A stretch of 64,000 nucleotides of DNA. It comes from Cyanophora paradoxa CCMP329 (lineage: Eukaryota > Plantae > Glaucophyta). Of this stretch, positions 1-13,429 are shown piece by piece. The DNA is taken from assembly GCA_004431415.1 (NCBI GenBank), contig QPMI01000046.1:1-64000 (forward strand), read 5' to 3'. The position numbers and the translations under genes are program-made. The notes under the pieces are model-generated. The model saw only the letters and a list, made by a program, of their open reading frames with translations. It had not been told where the DNA came from and made no database searches. Position 1 is the stretch's first letter. Each line of letters starts with the position of its first letter.

Positions 1-3000
1 ACGCCGCGGCAACATGGCCGCCGCTTGCGAGCCCGATGCGCCGCGGCCCACCGCCGCTCCGACGCCGCCCGCCACTGAGCCCGCGCCTGTCGAGCCTCGC
101 CTGAGCGAGCCGCTACTCGACGTCGGCGCGCGACCGCGCCGGCTCCCCGCAGGCCGCCCGTCGCGGCGAGCGTGGCCGCGGGGACGGGGTCGTGCGCGTC
201 AGCACCCGTGGGCGCGGCTCGCAGGGGCCACGAACCCGCAGCGCCCGCCGTGGGCAGGCTGAGGGGGAAGACGCCGAGATGGGCGAGCGGGGCGACGGCG
301 ATGAGGCGCCCGAGGAAGCGCCGCCGCCGCCGCCGCCGTCGGCTATCGATGAGAACCTGAGCCAGCGGGCCCTGTACGAGGCTATGGGCGTGATGAGCGG
401 CGTCCTCGCAGTGCCGGGGTGCCCGCCTCGGCTCTGTGAGGGGAAACAGATCACCGAGTGGCCATGACGGCCCGGTCTGATCTCGCCCACGCTGGAGCAT
501 CCCCTTCGACGCACTGAAGGACGTTCGAGACCTGCGGTCCCGCACCTCAAGGCGTTTCTCGCCAGCGAGAGGAGCACGCCAATCCAGAACCGCTGGATGG
601 CCGCCCGTGCGCACGAGAGCCGCCGGAGGCCGCGTCGCGCTCAGAGCCGATCGCAACGTTCGCCTCGCCGGCTCAACGCGGCCGCGTTCGAGCTCTTCAT
701 GATCGCGCTGGGGCTCCGTGGCCCCGTCACGCCCACTCCACGATCTCCCGTTCCACTGCATGAGTGACGGAGCAGCAGTTGGAGCACTTCCTGACTCTGC
801 GTTGGACGATCCTGCCACGCGCCTGCGGTGGACGCACGGGGCCGCTTCAACCCGAGCGCGGCCGTCATCCCGCCGCAGTGGGCCCAGTACCTCTTGCGTG
901 CTCACACATGTTCGCGCCGAGGCGGTTGGGACCACCGTTCCCTCCGCGGAACGCGCCGGCCTGGAGTTCCGTACGGGTCGCTGGCTGCGCCGCCACCTGC
1001 AGCTAGGGACGCGCGCGCAGGAGGAAGCCGCCGAGAGCGACCCGCACAGGGCTTGGCCCTGACCGCCCAGCGCGCGCCTTCCAGGAGAAGGTCTTGCATG
1101 CCCTCGAGCGTCACGCTGCACGGCAGTCGTTCACGTTCGACGATGCGCTTGTGGGCACCTACATCGCCGATGAGCCTGAGCCCCGCCTCGAGCCGCTCGA
1201 CATTGACCATGTCGAGAGCGAAGAGGAAGAGGCGAGAAGAAGAGGCGCCGGCTGCCATCCCTGCGGCGGCGCACAGGCGTTCGAGCCGCACAAGGACTGG
1301 CAGCCGCGGCCGCTGTTCTCGTTGGCGGACCGACGTACGCCAACGATCACAAGCTCTTGCGCGAGTACATGACCGGAAACACGCGTTTTCCGGCCCTGGA
1401 ATGCTATAGCCAGGGTTCACTGAATGGCAACGCTGCCCGCGATCAGCTACCCTTGCGCTGGCAGCACGCCGGCGACGTTGACGAGTACAACGTCGACGTG
1501 CTCACGCTGCAGGACAGCAATGGGCGAGCTGTGCTCAACTATGCTCAGCGCGTCGGCCCCGCCGCGCGCGGCATAGTGAACTGGTTCTCGCTCGTAGGCC
1601 CGCCTCAGCGGCCGTTCGACGAGGATCCGGAGCTCTTCGACCTGCAGGGCTTGCATTCCCGCACGCGCCTGCGGCGTCAGCTTGGATATCGTGCAGTACC
1701 TCGCGGTCGGACCCGTACCGCACAGTCTGCCGTCCCGACGTACACGGGCGCCTGGGATCTCACGCACGAGGCACAGCCCACGCACCGTGTGTTCGACCTG
1801 GGCCAGGTCTCGCGGTGCTGTATACGCCTTCTTCACGAAGGCGGCGGCGCGCGGAACGCCCCGCCGCCGTACATGCCGCACCCGAGCGCCCCACCCTGCA
1901 CACCTCAGTCTTGGCGGTAACATCGCCGACCCGAACGAGGAGGACGCCAGGACGCCGTCGCGACCCGCTTCGCGCGCGACGTCGCCGTGCTGGCCCTGCT
2001 GCGCCCGCTCGCCGACAAGCGCGTCGAGAACGTTGAGGGTCGCCTGCAGACGCGGCGCATCTACGCGCCCCGCCTCGTGGCAGGCACGGCCACGCCCGCG
2101 CCGAACGCTGCCTGCGACAAGGACGTCGCAGGGGGCGCGCCGCACCAGCGCGAGAACAAGAGCTGTGGCTCGCAGTGACGGTCGCCAGCTTGCGAGCCAG
2201 CCCAAGAAGAGCCACGCAACCGCGGCTCGTCACCGCGTTGGTTACGAGCTGCCGCCTTTCCCGAACTCACCTCCGGGACGTGCCTTGGGCGCCGATCCCG
2301 GCGGAAGAGGAAATCCTCGCGACGGCCATCGGTTTACGCTGGCCTGGCACGCGCGCTTCTTCCAGCGTCACGCGCCGGGCAAGCACCTCCGCAGCCAGCA
2401 CTGGCTGATGACTTTCTGTCGGCTGCGGCATGGACGTCGAGTCGGAACGCCGGCTGACTACGTCCCGAGATCGCTCGGGCGGTCGCCGATCACATGGATG
2501 ACTTCAACAAGGTGTTGAACTCGTTCCGCTGCGTGGTGCCGGACGGTCTGATGGTGTTCATTCACGAGGCTTCCTGACTAAGCGACGGCCAAGCCGGACC
2601 GCGGGTCGACGTCTTGCCTCAGGGCAAGAAGGTCTTCGACGCGGACGCGAGGCCGACGTACCCGGACGGTCATCCCACGCTTGCGTGGAAGTTTGGCCCG
2701 AACAATGCGGTCGTGCCGGACCACGAGGGTCGTGCGGCGATCTGTGGGCGGATCCTGCTCGCGATGCTGCAGGGCTTCCAGTATCCCGCATCCCGCTGCT
2801 CGCGCAGCGGGTGGACAACTGTGCGCCCCTGAACGCCGCCATGCCCCAGAACGTGGCCGAGGTCTTCAGGGCCTCTTGCGCACTATGACGAGGATGAGTG
2901 CGCCGACTCGATGCCCGCGCGCTGGCGACGGCATCCGCGCGTACCTCACAAACATGCCGCACGGTCTCGGGTACCAGCGTCTTGAGCTCGGCTCGCCCCC

Positions 3001-6000
3001 GATGGCGGCGCCGAGGACGCGTGGCCGCCGGCGATGACCTTGGCGCCGGGGGCAAGAGTGGGATACAGCGCCACCTTGAGGCCGCCCGCGCCGCCGAGGA
3101 GCTGGAGAACTGTCCCGGGAACTTCCCGCTGGGGCTCATCTTTACCGATGAGGCTATACCCCTGCGGCCTCAGTTCGAGACGATGCTCCGTTCGCTCTAC
3201 GCCGATCTGAATGTCGCGATCCGCCTCGCGCGCCCGATCGACTGGGAGACGGACGACCCCGTGCTCCCGACTGGGACGTTGAGGCTCTGCGCCCGGCGCT
3301 GATGTGGGACGCGGTCCAGAACAAGGCGCCGCGCCCTCGGCCCGGCGCAGCCTGACTGCGACGGCGGCTGTCGATAAGGAGGCCGAAAGCCTTCTGGTTC
3401 GCACGCCGTACCAGCCGATCTACGAAGGAGCGGTCCGCGCGACGTGGCGGGCGTGCGGTTCCAGCCGCCCTCAACCATCGTCGGCGGGCTCGCGGACGAC
3501 CCCGCCGAGGCGGCGCCATCCGCCACCCCGTCGGCGCCCGCGCCGGCGCAGGCCGCTGCGCAGACCGCCGCGCCGCCGACGGCGCCGCAGCAGGCGCGCC
3601 CCGGCGCAACGCGGGCCAGGCCGTTGGCCGAGCGGCCGCGGGCAGGGTCACCAGCGGGCGGCCGGCACCGCGGTCGCGACGGCCGAGGCCACCGTGACCG
3701 TGGCGGCGACCGCGGCGGTGGCCAGGCGCAACCCGCACAACCCGCTGTCGACCCGAACGACCCGTTCGGGCTGGATGCGTTCCTCGCGCGGCAGCAGGGT
3801 ATGACCCAAGACCATGCGCGTAACCGTCTCGGACGGGAAGGTGAAGGTCGAGCGGATCGCCGAGAGCGCTCCGCCAGACCAAGCCCCGCCGGCTGAGACT
3901 CCCTCCCGGACCTTGATGCCGCCGCCCAGCTCGAGCCGCCAGGCGAGGCAAGCTCGAGCCGCAGGGACGACACGGCCAGTCGCGCGTCGCAGGCCCGCCG
4001 ACCCCTGAGCGGGCCTCGTCTCAGCGCCGCTCGCGCACACCCGAGCCGCGCCGAGCCCCGTCCAGTCGCCGCTCTCGCACCCCAGACAGGCGCGAGACGC
4101 GGGGCCCCTCCACGCGCCGCGAGCGCTCCCGAGCCCACGGCAATCCCGGGCGCCGCCGCCGTCCCGCCGTTCGTTGGAACGCCGCGATCGCGAGGGCTCC
4201 CGACGCCTTCGCCGGACCGCCGGGACCGCGAGGCCTCCCGCCGCCGCTCCCGGACCGCCGTGATCGCTCGCCGCGCGCCGCGACCGCAGCCCGCCGAGCC
4301 GACGGTCCACGGCTCGCGACACTCGCGACAGGCGGAGCCCTCGCCGAGGCTCGCGGGAACGCCGCCGGAGCCGAACACCGTCCCGCTCTAGCTCCGCTCG
4401 CGCTCGCGCGATCGGAGCCCGAGCCGGAGCCCCGCCATGACGATAAGCGGCGCAAAAGCTCGAAGAAGGGCTCGCGCGACCGCGCCTCGCCGCGAGACCG
4501 CCGCAGCCCTCGCAGCAGCCAGTCCTCTCGCCGCCCGCCGGACCCGCCGCGCGGCGCCGTAGACGCTGCGTACAAGCGGCACGAGAACGACGCCCGCCTG
4601 CGAGGCTGCCCGCCCACATTGCGCGAGCTCTTCGACATGGTCTGGAAGGCGCAGTACGCTGAGATGCCAGACTCGCTCTCGGCGTCCGCGCGAGCTGAGC
4701 AGGCCACCGCGCTGGTCCTGATCAAGCTCCAGAACCAGATGGACGCTCAGTCCGCGTCGTCCTCGGCCCGCGCCGCCGCGCCACCATCGGGTGGGCAGCC
4801 GCGACGGCGGACGCAACGAGCGCCAGCAGCCCTTTCTAGAGGGGCTGAGGGCAGAGCGAGGCCGGTCCGCAGTCGGCGGCGCCGTCCAAGCCTGCGGAGG
4901 GTCGCGCCTCCATCTCTCAGGCCCAGGAGCGGTCATCGCGTGCGAGCCAGGCGAGCCGCCGCGCGCAGACCAGTCGACGCCGGAGCAGCCGCGCGCCTCA
5001 GTGGCCGCGCCGCGCGCCTCCGCCGCCACGACTTTCAACCCCCAGGCTGACGTCCCAGCAGGGGGCCTCTGCAGTTTGTGCGCGAGTGCTCGAGCTGCCG
5101 CGACGTGAAGATCCGGGGCCAAGGGGTCACGGAATTGGGGCTTTGGCTTCAAACAGTCGAGCGCCAGATCCGCACCGCGCTAGCACGCCGAGACGCGCGC
5201 CAAGCCCGGCGGCGCTCAGAAGGTCTCAGACGAAGCCTTCGCCCAGCAAAGCAGGCCGCTCGGCGGGCCCTGGAAGACGTCTGCGCGCCCTCCGGGCCGG
5301 CATCGATATGCAGATCAGCCTCTCCGCTGGGAGACGGCATGATGATCTCGCTCCTCCCAGACGGCCCCGTGCCGATCTCGAGGCTCTGCGGGCCACGCTC
5401 GATCGCACCAAAGACTGGCGAGCCTTGCTTGAGCGCGAGCGCCAGCACGAGGCTCGCGTGGCAATGCAGGCCGCGGCAAAAGCCAACCAAAGCCTTCTTC
5501 GCGGTATACACCGCCGCAGAAGCGTCGTCACCCCGCGGGCACGAGGCCGCGCGCCCTGTGACCTTCCCGCCCACTTGCATACGCCGGCGTCGGTCCGGGC
5601 GCTGTGCCGGTGCCGGCGGACGAGAAGTACATCTCGATCCGCCGCGTCCAGACGGTCGTCCACGAGCCGCCCGCTCAAACAGTCGCGCCGCCGGCGCCAG
5701 CCGCGCCGCCCGCCCCGGCCCACCAAAGAGCCGCGAGCCTGCGCCGGCCTGGGCCCGCCGCCTGCTGCACAAGCTCGGGCCGCGCTCGACCGTGCTGGTC
5801 TTCAACTGGCTGTCGAACCCCGCGCAAATGCTGCAGGTCGATCCAAAGACCCTGGAGCCCGCCTTACGCGCGGTGCATCAGGCGATCATGGACCGCTACG
5901 GCATCTCGATGCGCAAAACGGGCTACAAGGCCCCGCCACGGCCGACTCGCGCGTGGTTCTCGGGTTCAGCGCCGACAGCGGCGTTCGCCCCGCAGAACGC

Positions 6001-6400
6001 GCTCGAGGCCGCCGCGATCATTTACCCCGAGGCCTGACCTCCGACGAGGAAGCTCTCATGCCCGCGGGCCACGCCCTGGGCTCCAAAAACCGCCCGTCCC
6101 TCGCCGTGCCCGCCCGGCAGAGGAGACGCCGCTGGGAACGCGCGCCGGCTATGACCCGCCCAGCGACGAGTTGCTCTACGCCAACCGCCACGGCCCGGGC
6201 CCGCGCAAGCGGACCAAGCCCTCGCCGTTGGCCGACCAGGCAGAGCAGCGCCGAGTCGCCGAGCGAGCCGCGGCTCGCCAGTCCCGCCCCCATCCCCAAC
6301 CGCAAGCGCAACGGACCTGTCGGGTCCACCGCGCCGCCGGAACCAGAATTCCACGTCCGCCGCGCCCGACCTAGCTTCCCGCGCGACCGGGCCCTGGAAT
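1..6400 (+). CDS. Long, frameshift-fragmented pre-protease (gag-side) coding region of G1, unknown domains
   Basis: Overlapping + ORFs with protein-like segments (1357-1920, 2614-2832, 2898-3302, 4619-4790, 5750-6037) run directly into the protease; same position as the giant ORF of G2. Confidence 0.55.
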
Positions 6401-9400
6401 TCTTCCGGCCAAAGACACTGCACATTCACGGCAGCATTGCTATGCGCCTGCCGAACGGCCGCTCCGGCGCTGAACGGCCCGCTCGCATTGTTGTCGACAC
6501 GGCGCCCAGGAACTGTAGTTCCCCAGGAAGTCCTCGACCGCCTGCCGCCCGACGAAGTCAATTACGTCGAGGGCCACACGATAGTCCGCGGTTTCATGGA
6601 CCGGGACAAAATTCGTTGTCGCCGCGCCGACGTAGTCTTCGTTCTGGCTCGCTCCGCTTCTGCCGCCGCGTCTTCGTCGTCCCGCGCGGCGCCATGGGCG
6701 TTGAGCCGGACATTCTGCTCGGCCTGGACGCGATCCAGGCCGTCCACGGCCAGATCGACACGACGCTGTCCGGGTGGTGCCTCCGGGCCCGTGACCACCT
6801 GCACCGCGAAGTCGTCGTCCCTTTTCGGCTCCGGACCAGCTTGGGATCCTGGTCCGAGTCCTGGGACCAGTAAAGCTCCCCGTCGGAGAGGCCCTCGTCC
6901 CATGCACGCTCAATGGGCAGGCCCGGCAACGCGTGAGTTGCCGCACCTCTACGTCGAGCCGTCGCCGGAGTCCCCGCAAGCCTTGGGCGTACTCTGCCCT
7001 TACCAGCTGCATAATCACCCGGGAGACAAAATGTTTCACGTGCGGTTGTGCAATCCTGGCCGGCAGCCGGTAACCCTGCCGCTAGGATCGGTAGTAGCGG
7101 TCGCTTCGGCGGTCGCCCTACCGCCTGGTGATTTTGAGTACGAACCTGAGCAAATGCCTTGTAGTGCGAGTGCATTGACAGACCTCTTGATTCGCCGGCT
7201 GCGAATCGTGCCTGCCAAACGCCGCACTGGACTCCGCCACTTTAATAGAAAAGCACGCATGCTTGGCGCGGCATATGAGCCCGCCAAAGACGTTGAGAAA
7301 ATAATCTCCACCCTACGTTCTGTCGTAGATGAGGCGGAAAAGCAGCGCGCTCTGTCTAGCGCAGCGCCTGCTGAGCCCGCCGACCCACCCGCGCACCGCC
7401 TACGACGTCGACGATATAGTCGTCACGTTTGGCGAGCTGCCCTTCGACACAGCCGACCGGCCGTTGCAGGACCTTGATGCTATGAGCATCATTAGCCTCG
7501 ACGACGATGCTATGAGCACGTCGTCACGAAGCGCGTCCCCAACGCCGGCCCGATCACAGGCCCCTCGGTCGACGAGTTCGTCGCCGCAGTCGAGGCAGTG
7601 TCCGTCCCCAGAGACGCCACCCTGCGCTCGACTTCCCCGGTCTCTCCGAAAAAGCGGAGCGCGACTTGCTCGATGCAGTCCGCGCCATGCGCGGCGACGT
7701 TACGGTCCGCAAGGCCGCACCGGTCGCCGACGCCGAGGCCCCACCCCAGAGTGTGGTCACAGCCTCGCTTTCGGCCCGGCCCGATGCCCCACCCCTACGA
7801 CTGCAGCACCCGACGCGAAGCCCGCTGAGGCACCGCGGCCGGTGCCTAATGCAGAGGAGGAGTGGCAAGAGCTGCTGAAGAAGATTCCTGAGCTCGGCTC
7901 TCACCCGTCAATCACGACGGCGCAGAAAGCCGAACTTCACGCGCTCCTGCGGCGCTACAAGGATGTCTTCGCAGACAAGGTCGAGGCCAAAGAGGGCACC
8001 AGCAACCTGCTCTATTACGAGCACGTGATCAAACTCACGACTCGCCTTCCGGTGTTCACGCCTCCGCGGCGTATGAACCCGCACGCCGAGGAACACGCCG
8101 CAAGGAAATTCAGAAACTCCTTGAGCTTGGGCTGATCGAGCCCTCCCAAGCGGCATATGGCTCGCCGGTAGTGCTGGCCCCCAAAAAGGACGGCACTTGG
8201 CGTTTCTGTGTCGACTATCGGAGGCTGAATCAGATCACCGAGCGGGACGTGTTTCCCCTACCCCGCATAGACGACCAGCTCGAGCGCCTCCGCGGCTCGA
8301 TGGTCTTCTCGACTGCTGACGCGACTGCCGGCTTCTGGCAGCTGCCTCTGCACCCCGGCTCCCGAGCCTACACTGCATTTGTGGTCCCCTGGGGTCACTT
8401 TCAGTGGAAGGTTACGCCGTTTGGGTCACGAACGGGCCCGCGGCATTCTCCCGCGCGATCACTGCGATCCTGGGCCCCTTGCTGACCACCTGCGTCGTCG
8501 CGTACATCGACGATATCACGGTCTTCTCACCGTCCATCGATCAGCACCTTCTAGACTTGAAGGCGCTCTTCGAGACGATCTCTAAGGCGAACCTGCGCCT
8601 GAAGCCGTCGAAGTGCCGCTTCTGCGTGCCTGAAATCGACCTTCTCGGCCACCGCATCTCCGCCGAAGGGATCCGCCAGGACCCTGCGAAGACCAAGGTG
8701 ATCACGGACTGGCAGACGCCGAAGAACGCGGACGAGCTCCGCTCGTTCCTCGGCCTCGCCGGCTACTACCGCCGCTTTGTCGAGAACTTCTCCAAGGTGG
8801 TGCACGCCATGCAGCGCCTTCTATTGAAGGACGCCGTCTGGAGTTGGCCAGAGGACGGCCCCGCCGACCGCGCCTTTAAGGAGCTGAAAGAACTCCTGGG
8901 CCGCGATATTATATTGCGGTTCCCGGACTTCTCGAAGCCCTTCATTCTCCAGACGGACGCCAGCACCTACGCTATCGGCGCAATTCTGAGCCAGGCCGAC
9001 GACAAAGGCGTCGAGCGGCCGCTCGCGTTCATCAGCCGCACGCTGCTGCCGGCCGAGATGAACTACTCCGCTACGGAGCTGGAGTGCCTCGCAGTAGTCT
9101 GGGCCATTAAGTATTGGCGCCACTATCTGCTGGGCGGCCCCAGTTCCTGGTGCGGACCGACCACCACGCCCTCCAGTGGCTGAAGACGCTGGACCCGACG
9201 ACGGGCCGCCTCGGTCGCTGGTCCCTGCTCTTGCAGGCCTACGACTTTGAGATCGTCTACCGCCCTGGCAAGCAGAACGGGGGTCCCGACGCGTGCTCGC
9301 GTCTCCCTAAGGACCACCCCGTCTGGCAGCCAGGCGGTGCAGACGGTTCCTCGTCCAAGCCCGCGGCCTACAAGGGCGCCGAAGGCTTCGGCATCCCGCA

Positions 9401-12210
9401 ACATGCTGTAGGGGCTGAGCCTGAGGATCCCGACGTCCCGCTGGGCATCTTTAGGATGCAGCTGGGCCCGACCGAGCGGGCCCTGCGCCAGCTCGCCAAC
9501 TCCGCCGGCTTCCGCGCGGAAGCCCCAGCCGAGGGTGGCCGAGCCGCTAGACGCCGAGCGCCCCGGGCGGCGCCTGCGAGCGCCCCCTCTTCCCCGCCGG
9601 GCCGCTCCTCTTATGCAGAGGAGGAGTCGCGGCCCCCTGTGCCAGCCAGTGCTCCTGAGGCCGAGCCCGACGCCGGCGCCCCTGAAGCGCCCGCGCCCGA
9701 GCCTGAGGGTGAGGCTGGCGGTGCTGCGGAAACCGATTCCGACGCCGAGCCCCGCCGCCAGAGCGCGCGCCGCGACGCCTGCCCCGCGAGCTCGCCAAGC
9801 TTGCTGCGTCGGCTGGGTTCGCTGAGGCCAAGGCCTCCGCCTCGGCTACTGACGCCGCCACGCGCAAGCGAGCGCGGGCCGCCCCAGAGCGCTTCGCGCC
9901 TCCCGCGCCAGAGTCGGTCTCGCCGCCCCCGAAACGACGAGAGCCGGGCCCGGCGCCCGCTGTCGAGGAGCGCGAGGCTCCCTCGGACGCGGAGATGCCC
10001 GACGCCCCTGAGGGCGACCTGGGCGCCCGGGCCGCGCTGCTAGAGGACGCTCACGCAGAGGCCGAGGCCTCGGGCGAGATCGATGACGAGTCGCTGCCGG
10101 AAGGGCCTGTCCCCTCCGACGCCTGCGACGCTGACGGCTTCCCCCTCGCTCTTGCGGAGCGAGTCCCGAAGCGCTCGGAAACCGGGCCCCGTCGGTGGGG
10201 CGCCAAGGGATTTGCCGAGCCGCGGCCCCTGCATCCCGACGCGCTCTTCCCTCGCGGCCCCGCCTTGAGGCGGCAGCCTCGAGATGAGTACAACACGCGC
10301 CACTGGCGCTCCCCGGTCGACCCCTCGGATCGGCCGGTGCCGATTCATATTGAGTGGGAGCCGGAGGACCCTGAGGGCGAGCCGCCTCCCGGGCCTCCGC
10401 GCCGACGCTCGCTCTCCCCGGAGACTGCTCGCCACCAGATCCGCGTTCGGCCGGTCCCCCGGACCCCAAGCCAGCGCCGCGGGCTCGAGGTCGCCCCTCT
10501 GCCCGCGGGCAGGCTTCCGACGACGCCGCCCCGCTCGAGCCTGAGACGGTCGCCGCCGAGGCCGCTGCCCCGCAGCGGTGGGTAGAACTCGACCCTAGAG
10601 GCCGGGACGTTCGCCCGCCGTGCAAGCCGGTCTTCGTGGATACCGTCCTCGACGCGTGGGCCTGCGGACCCTCGCCAGCCGTCGATGGGGCGCTCCCCGA
10701 CGCGCTGCGCCGTATGTTCCCGCCCGAGAAGCGCAAGCGTCTGCTCGCCGCTCAGAAGGAGGATTCCTTCTGCAAGAAGCTTCTCGCCTTCCACGCAGAG
10801 GGCGAGAATCCAACTGTCTGTACCCGCGGCTCGAGGCGCGACGCAGATCCCTGCTCGCCCAGCTGCGCTCACTGCCTGCGGGCCAAGGAGCGCTTTGCAC
10901 GCCTGGCCGGCGAGTTCAGCCTGGCCGACGACGGCGTCATCGAGCGCAACCCCTTGGTCCCTGCCGGCCGGTTCCTACCCGTCTTGCCGGACGCTTGGAT
11001 CGACAGGGTGCTCTACGCCTATCACGAGGGCTGGGCCCATCGAGGCGCGCCCGTGATAGCCCGTCGGATCGCCCTGCGGTTCTGGTGGCCTGGCATGTAC
11101 GCCTCCATCGCTCGCTTTGTGCGGTCGTGCCCGCACTGTCAGTTCGCGAAGGCCGCGAAGCCCCGCCGTACCGCCATTCAGGTGATACAGCCTTCAGGCA
11201 AGGGAGACCTGTGGCAGGTGGATATCTTCCACTTGGATATGCACGAAGACGGTTCGCGATACATCATCGCGTACGTCGACGCATACACCAAGTTCTGCTA
11301 TATCTACCCGCTCTCCCGTATCTCCGGCGAGGCCTTGCTCGCCACCGCGATCGACTTCTATACGCACGAGGGCGTGCCCGCGCGCATCCTGACGGACCGC
11401 GGGTCCCAACTCGTTGGGGGCGCGTGGAACGCGTTCTTCAAGGAGAAGGGTACCCGGTTCGTGCACGCGGCCGCCTACCACCACGCCTCGAACGGCGGCG
11501 CCGAGCGCCTGGGCGGAGTCTACAAGACTCTCGCTTACGCCATGTGCCGTGAGCACAAGCGGCCGCTCTCTGACTGGCCTCTTTACAACGCCGATATCGT
11601 TCTCGCGTTGCGGACCACCGTGCACTCCGCCACCGGGTTCTCCCCGATGGTCTTGCACCGCGGTTCTGAAGTGCACCTGCCCTGCGAACGAGCGCCGACG
11701 CTGCCTCGCGCGAGTACCGTCGGTTCTATCGGAACCGCATGGTTGCTCGCACCGGCAACCCGCCTCATCGTCGCCGCTTTGAGGTTGGCGACAAGGTATT
11801 GTGCTGGATGGGCGAACACAACAAAGGGCTGTACAATTCGTGGGTCGGGCCCTACACTGTGACTGGTGTTAACCCTGGCGGTTACACCTACACGGTCAAG
11901 GGGTCGGCTAAGCCCTACTCCGCCAAGGACGATGCCCGTACCCGTCCTCTGCGTGAGACTGTTGCCCACATCGACTGCATGCTTCCGTTCCGCACGCGTC
12001 TCTCCGAGTCTCAAGCCCGTCCCCGCGTTGGTCGGCCTCGGAAGACTGCTGTGAACGCCGACGAGCCGGCGATCGACCCCGCACTCGCGGACTCGCCCGC
12101 TCAAGAACAAAATCCACCTCTCGCCCCTGACGTCGACGCCGAGGTCCCGAGCGGGCTGCCGAGGGCGACGAGGTTGAGATGGATGACGCGATTTTGGTCG
12201 ACGACCTGTG
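6400..12210 (+). CDS. pol: Pol: aspartic protease, RT, RNase H, integrase (frameshifted in this assembly)
   Basis: IVVDT(G)A near 6496 and DILLGLD; APKKDGTWRFCVDYRRLN; AYIDD; ILQTDAS...NYSATELECLAVVW; TDHHAL; H-x4-H...C-x2-C; WQVDI, LTDRG, SNGGAER (DDE); SWVGPY (GPY/F motif). Confidence 0.93.
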
Positions 12211-12886
12211 AGAAGCTCGTCCCATTGCTGTTCCCTTTGCGATCGCTGTGCTTGCGCCGTGGGGCAGATTTCTTTGCCCGCTTTGCCTCAGCCCTGGCTT
12301 CCGAGGTGGGACGTGGGTTGGCTGGTGGCCAATCACGGGGCGCCATCTGGGCCTTTCGTTCCATTTTCTGGGATCTGGCCCGTCGCTCGTGGAGAGTGGC
12401 TGGGTGTAGGCCTCCCGGGTGCCTGCGGGTCCGTGAGGGGCTCGAGGTTGCTGGCTGGGGGTGCACTCAGTCGTGCCCTATCCTTTCGTTGGGCCTGATG
12501 GGCGGCCCGGATACCTCCTCGCTGGTTTCTTCCCGAGGCGGTGAAACTTCCCATCCGTGCCACTCTCCTTCGGCTCTCGCCGTTGGAGCGAGTTTGGGCC
12601 AGCTTTTGGGGGTTTCGAGTTCTATGCTTTTCCATCTTTCGAGCTTGGCCTGGGGTTGCCTAGGTACATGCACTATGCTGGTATCGGCTCCTATTTCGGT
12701 CGCGAGCTATGCTACCTGGCATATCTGGTTGCTGACGACGGACATTCTACTTCGAGAGGAGTTCACTCGCCGCCGCCCTGTCGCTGCCGTGGTTGGTGCA
12801 CACCCCGGCGGTGGGTGGACGCCCCGTCGAGCATGCAGACTCGACGTTCGGCTTGGCGCGGTCCGGTGCGAGGACGCACCGTATGC

Positions 12887-12898
12887 AGAGTGAGGAGT
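12887..12898 (+). promoter_or_regulatory. Polypurine tract of G1
   Basis: agagtgaggagt immediately before TGTCGC; same gagt|TGTCGC junction as in G2. Confidence 0.7.
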
Positions 12899-13154
12899 TG
12901 TCGCGTGCCGCGATTCCCTCGGATTAGGCTAGCCGGCAGTCTATGCGTAGCCGCTAGCCCTAGTCTAGTGCTATCGAGCAGCTAGCTCTAGCACTCTCTG
13001 TATTCTGACTTAGCGCCGGGCGCGACTCCGTTTGGGGGTACGCGATCCCTGGACGGGTACACTTGTGAATAGACCACTTGTGCTCCCAGCTACAGCCACA
13101 GCCCGTGCGTGACCGCACGGACGCTGCACCGGGTGGGAATCCTCTCATCCGACA
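12899..13154 (+). repeat. 3' LTR of G1 (256 bp)
   Basis: TGTCG...CGACA inverted termini; internal motif actccg..ggggtacg..cgggtacac shared with the G2 LTR. Confidence 0.75.
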
Positions 13155-13429
13155 ACAGGCACTGCGGCACCCGCGGGCCGCGGGCCGCGGCCGCGCACTG
13201 CGCGGCGTGTCGCACTGACTCGCACATGTACAGTGTGCGCGCAGCCTGAGCGGCTGAGCCTGCGCGCCGCGGCCGGCGCGGCGTATACGTACTACGGTAG
13301 TAATCATTGAATACGGTAGTATCACGGGCCGGCCGCGGACCGCGGTACGGCCCGTACCGGGCCGTACGTTACGGTAGTAACGGTACGTATACCGTAGTAC
13401 GGTATACTACGTCGTATTATCATAGTACT

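Larger units (their letters stand above)
1..13154 (+). mobile_element. Ty3/gypsy (Metaviridae) LTR retrotransposon G1; 5' end lies outside the window
   Basis: Domain order PR-RT-RH-INT, followed by a PPT and a TG...CA LTR. Confidence 0.93.

Noticed and set aside
6870-7150. dUTPase gene between PR and RT
   Set aside because: Only the degenerate beta-rich linker common in gypsy pol; no catalytic dUTPase motifs
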